DNA of 17,492 bases from the NCBI GenBank assembly GCA_045805065.1, contig JBJMMA010000059.1:1-17492 (forward strand). Reading direction: 5' to 3'. The DNA comes from Bdellovibrionia bacterium. Its GTDB lineage: Bacteria; Bdellovibrionota; UBA1018. Positions 15,850 through 17,492 of this stretch are shown here, in pieces (the stretch's first letter is position 1; each line of letters starts with the position of its first letter). The notes under the pieces are model-generated. The model did not search any database. It was not told the origin of the DNA and saw nothing but the letters and a program-made list of their open reading frames with translations. The position numbers and the translations under genes are program-made.

Positions 15850-16251
15850 TTATTCGAATCCAATGGCTTTGTTTCGGCACATCACTTGGAACTGGAAGTC
15901 TTCGTCAACCGTGACTGTGCCATAGATAATGCCGCTATTGCCTGCGACGAGAGTGCCCCATTGTTCGCCATCGCGGTCGCGAAAGCTCAGCTTATTGGCC
16001 GAAGCTCCGATCATGATGGTATACGTTTGAGGCGCTTGCATGACTTCGGTCGCAGGATTTACTGGACGAAACGAAAGAGTTTCGATGCCAAAGCTTCCGA
16101 CTTTTCCATTTAATGCGACTTGTGTGAGGCAGTGATTGAGCCCTCGCGAAGCGTAAAGGCAAGGTTGCTTTGGAATACACTCGAGATGAACGTTCCCGTT
16201 AGCAAAGGCTTGCGTTGCAAAAAAAGCAGAAAGTAAAATAAACATTTTCAT
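15850..16251 (-). CDS. Small secreted hypothetical protein (133 aa)
   Basis: AAGGAG upstream; signal peptide MKMFILLSAFFATQAFA; four Cys. Confidence 0.75.
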   Translation of the reverse strand: MKMFILLSAFFATQAFANGNVHLECIPKQPCLYASRGLNHCLTQVALNGKVGSFGIETLSFRPVNPATEVMQAPQTYTIMIGASANKLSFRDRDGEQWGTLVAGNSGIIYGTVTVDEDFQFQVMCRNKAIGFE

Positions 16252-16273
16252 ATAAACTCCTTGTTTCTATTCA

Positions 16274-16684
16274 TTAGTGAAGCGATTTCACTGTATTGCC
16301 ATTAACCTCGAAGGTTTCGACCCAGGAATGATCCGTTCCCACTCCAATTAGGGAAAAGAAACGTTTCATGTGAGTGGCGTTTTCCTTGTGATCCACCATC
16401 ATGGCTTTTTCGCTTTTCCAGATTTCGTGGAAGACGAATCGATTGGTCGGCTTCCCTTGCTGATCGACCACCTGATAGGCCTCGTAGCTGATGTTTCCAG
16501 TCTCTTTGCGAGTGGGCCCAATAATATCGTGCACCGCTTTTTCAAAGTCGGAGACTCTCTCGGGCTTAATGACCAGGATCGCGGAGCCCTTAAATACCGT
16601 AAAATCTGTTGTGACTGGTGACGCCCAGGCTGGCGTAACCATTGCTCCCAATAAGTAAACAACGGTTTTGTAAAGTGGTTTCAT
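16274..16684 (-). CDS. Antibiotic biosynthesis monooxygenase (ABM)/putative quinol monooxygenase family protein with signal-peptide-like N-terminus
   Basis: IKPERVSDFEKA...PTRKETGNISYEAYQ...NRFVFHEIWKSE...DH fits the ABM pattern. GAGAGG upstream; the N-terminus ends PAWA. Confidence 0.8.
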   Translation of the reverse strand: MKPLYKTVVYLLGAMVTPAWASPVTTDFTVFKGSAILVIKPERVSDFEKAVHDIIGPTRKETGNISYEAYQVVDQQGKPTNRFVFHEIWKSEKAMMVDHKENATHMKRFFSLIGVGTDHSWVETFEVNGNTVKSLH

Positions 16685-16779
16685 AGTTCAAGTCCTCTCT
16701 CTCAATCGGTTTGCGGTTTGTGCGGCGACATATACGTTGATTTGTTGGAAGAAATAATACACAAAGAAATCAATATTCT

Positions 16780-16796
16780 ATTTCCTATAAGGAAAT
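16780..16796. promoter_or_regulatory. Probable LysR recognition site (T-N11-A within a palindrome)
   Basis: ATTTCCT-ATA-AGGAAAT is a perfect inverted repeat with T16782-N11-A16794. It lies 20 nt before the LysR start in the AT-rich divergent spacer. Confidence 0.7.
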
Positions 16797-16816
16797 TATT
16801 GAGAGTGAGCGAATTT

Positions 16817-17492
16817 ATGAAGATTCGAGATTTGTCAGTTTGGGAGTCGTTTTATTGGGTGGCAAAAGAAGGGAACTTTACTCGAGCTGCAAAACGACAG
16901 GGCCTCGGTCTTCCTCATTTGAGTAAGAGAATCGGCAAACTGGAAAGCGACCTCGGCGTTCGTCTCTTTCAACGATCGACCAGAAAAGTGAGCCTTACTC
17001 ATGAGGGAAGGGGACTTTTCCCGCTGGTTCGGTCTTTTCTTGAAGACGCGCAAGGTCTTGAGGAGAGATTCGAGGCAAAGGAAGAGATTTCAGGAACGAT
17101 TCGTCTCAGTTGCGTCACTGCGTTTGCTCATCGGAGAATCGCTCCTCTGATTGCTAAGTTCAATGAAACCTATCCTAAAGTCCGGTTTGAATTGGAGATC
17201 ACCGATAGCCTCATTGATATCATCGACAATCAAATCGATCTTGCCATCCGTGTCCAAGAGCCTGCGGGCTCTGATTTCGTCTTTAAGAAGCTCATACCCA
17301 ATGAGCTCGTTGTGTGCGCCTCACCTGGATATCTCAAGAAGGCCAAAAAGATACGCACTCCGGAAGATCTTTTGTCACACCGGGTTTTAACCCTTCAAGT
17401 GTACGAGGATTGTAGATTTAGCGGTTCTAAATTGAGTGTCGGTGATTTAATGAAAGCCCGCTCGATTTACTGTGAAAATGGCCTATTTTTGA
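16817..17492 (+). CDS. LysR-family transcriptional regulator (CrgA-like), truncated by the right edge
   Basis: Not in the ORF track. Manual translation: MKIRDLSVWESFYWVAKEGNFTRAAKRQG...LSKRIGKLESDLGVRLFQRSTRKVSLTHEG...GTIRLSC...FNETYPKVRFELEITDSLIDIIDNQIDLAIR...VVCASPGYL, open to the end of the window. Confidence 0.95.
   Translation, partial: MKIRDLSVWESFYWVAKEGNFTRAAKRQGLGLPHLSKRIGKLESDLGVRLFQRSTRKVSLTHEGRGLFPLVRSFLEDAQGLEERFEAKEEISGTIRLSCVTAFAHRRIAPLIAKFNETYPKVRFELEITDSLIDIIDNQIDLAIRVQEPAGSDFVFKKLIPNELVVCASPGYLKKAKKIRTPEDLLSHRVLTLQVYEDCRFSGSKLSVGDLMKARSIYCENGLFL

Noticed and set aside
16835..17390. Short ORFs 16835-17053 and 17151-17390
   Set aside because: They lie inside the LysR gene in other frames.

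Overview
A 17.5-kb bacterial chromosomal window with about 18 protein-coding genes, two of them truncated by the window edges. Gene content points to Bdellovibrionota/Oligoflexia: a TIGR02147/DUF4423 regulator, a fibre with a TYQG-type N-terminus, a GG-rich secreted protein and an FQGC lipobox. About 13 of the 18 genes carry export signals. The most notable locus is a four-gene + strand operon (1720-5751, closed by a bidirectional terminator). It encodes a Sec-exported fibre with 83 uninterrupted collagen Gly-X-Y triplets, two small cytoplasmic unknown proteins, and a twin-arginine-signal protein resembling the polyglycine receptor-binding adhesin gp38 of T-even phages. This is a candidate bacterial two-part fibre plus adhesin tip. 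Other content: glycan-directed secreted proteins (beta-helix with three lectin-like repeats; 7-repeat propeller with a GH18 domain), a signal-peptide GNAT, a YghA/YdaD-type SDR, a TIGR02147 regulator coupled to secreted proteins and preceded by a palindrome, two Cys-repeat proteins sharing a signal peptide, and an ABM monooxygenase divergent from a LysR regulator. I saw no rRNA, tRNA, CRISPR array or transposase/integrase. All family calls come from motif recognition by eye, not database searches.
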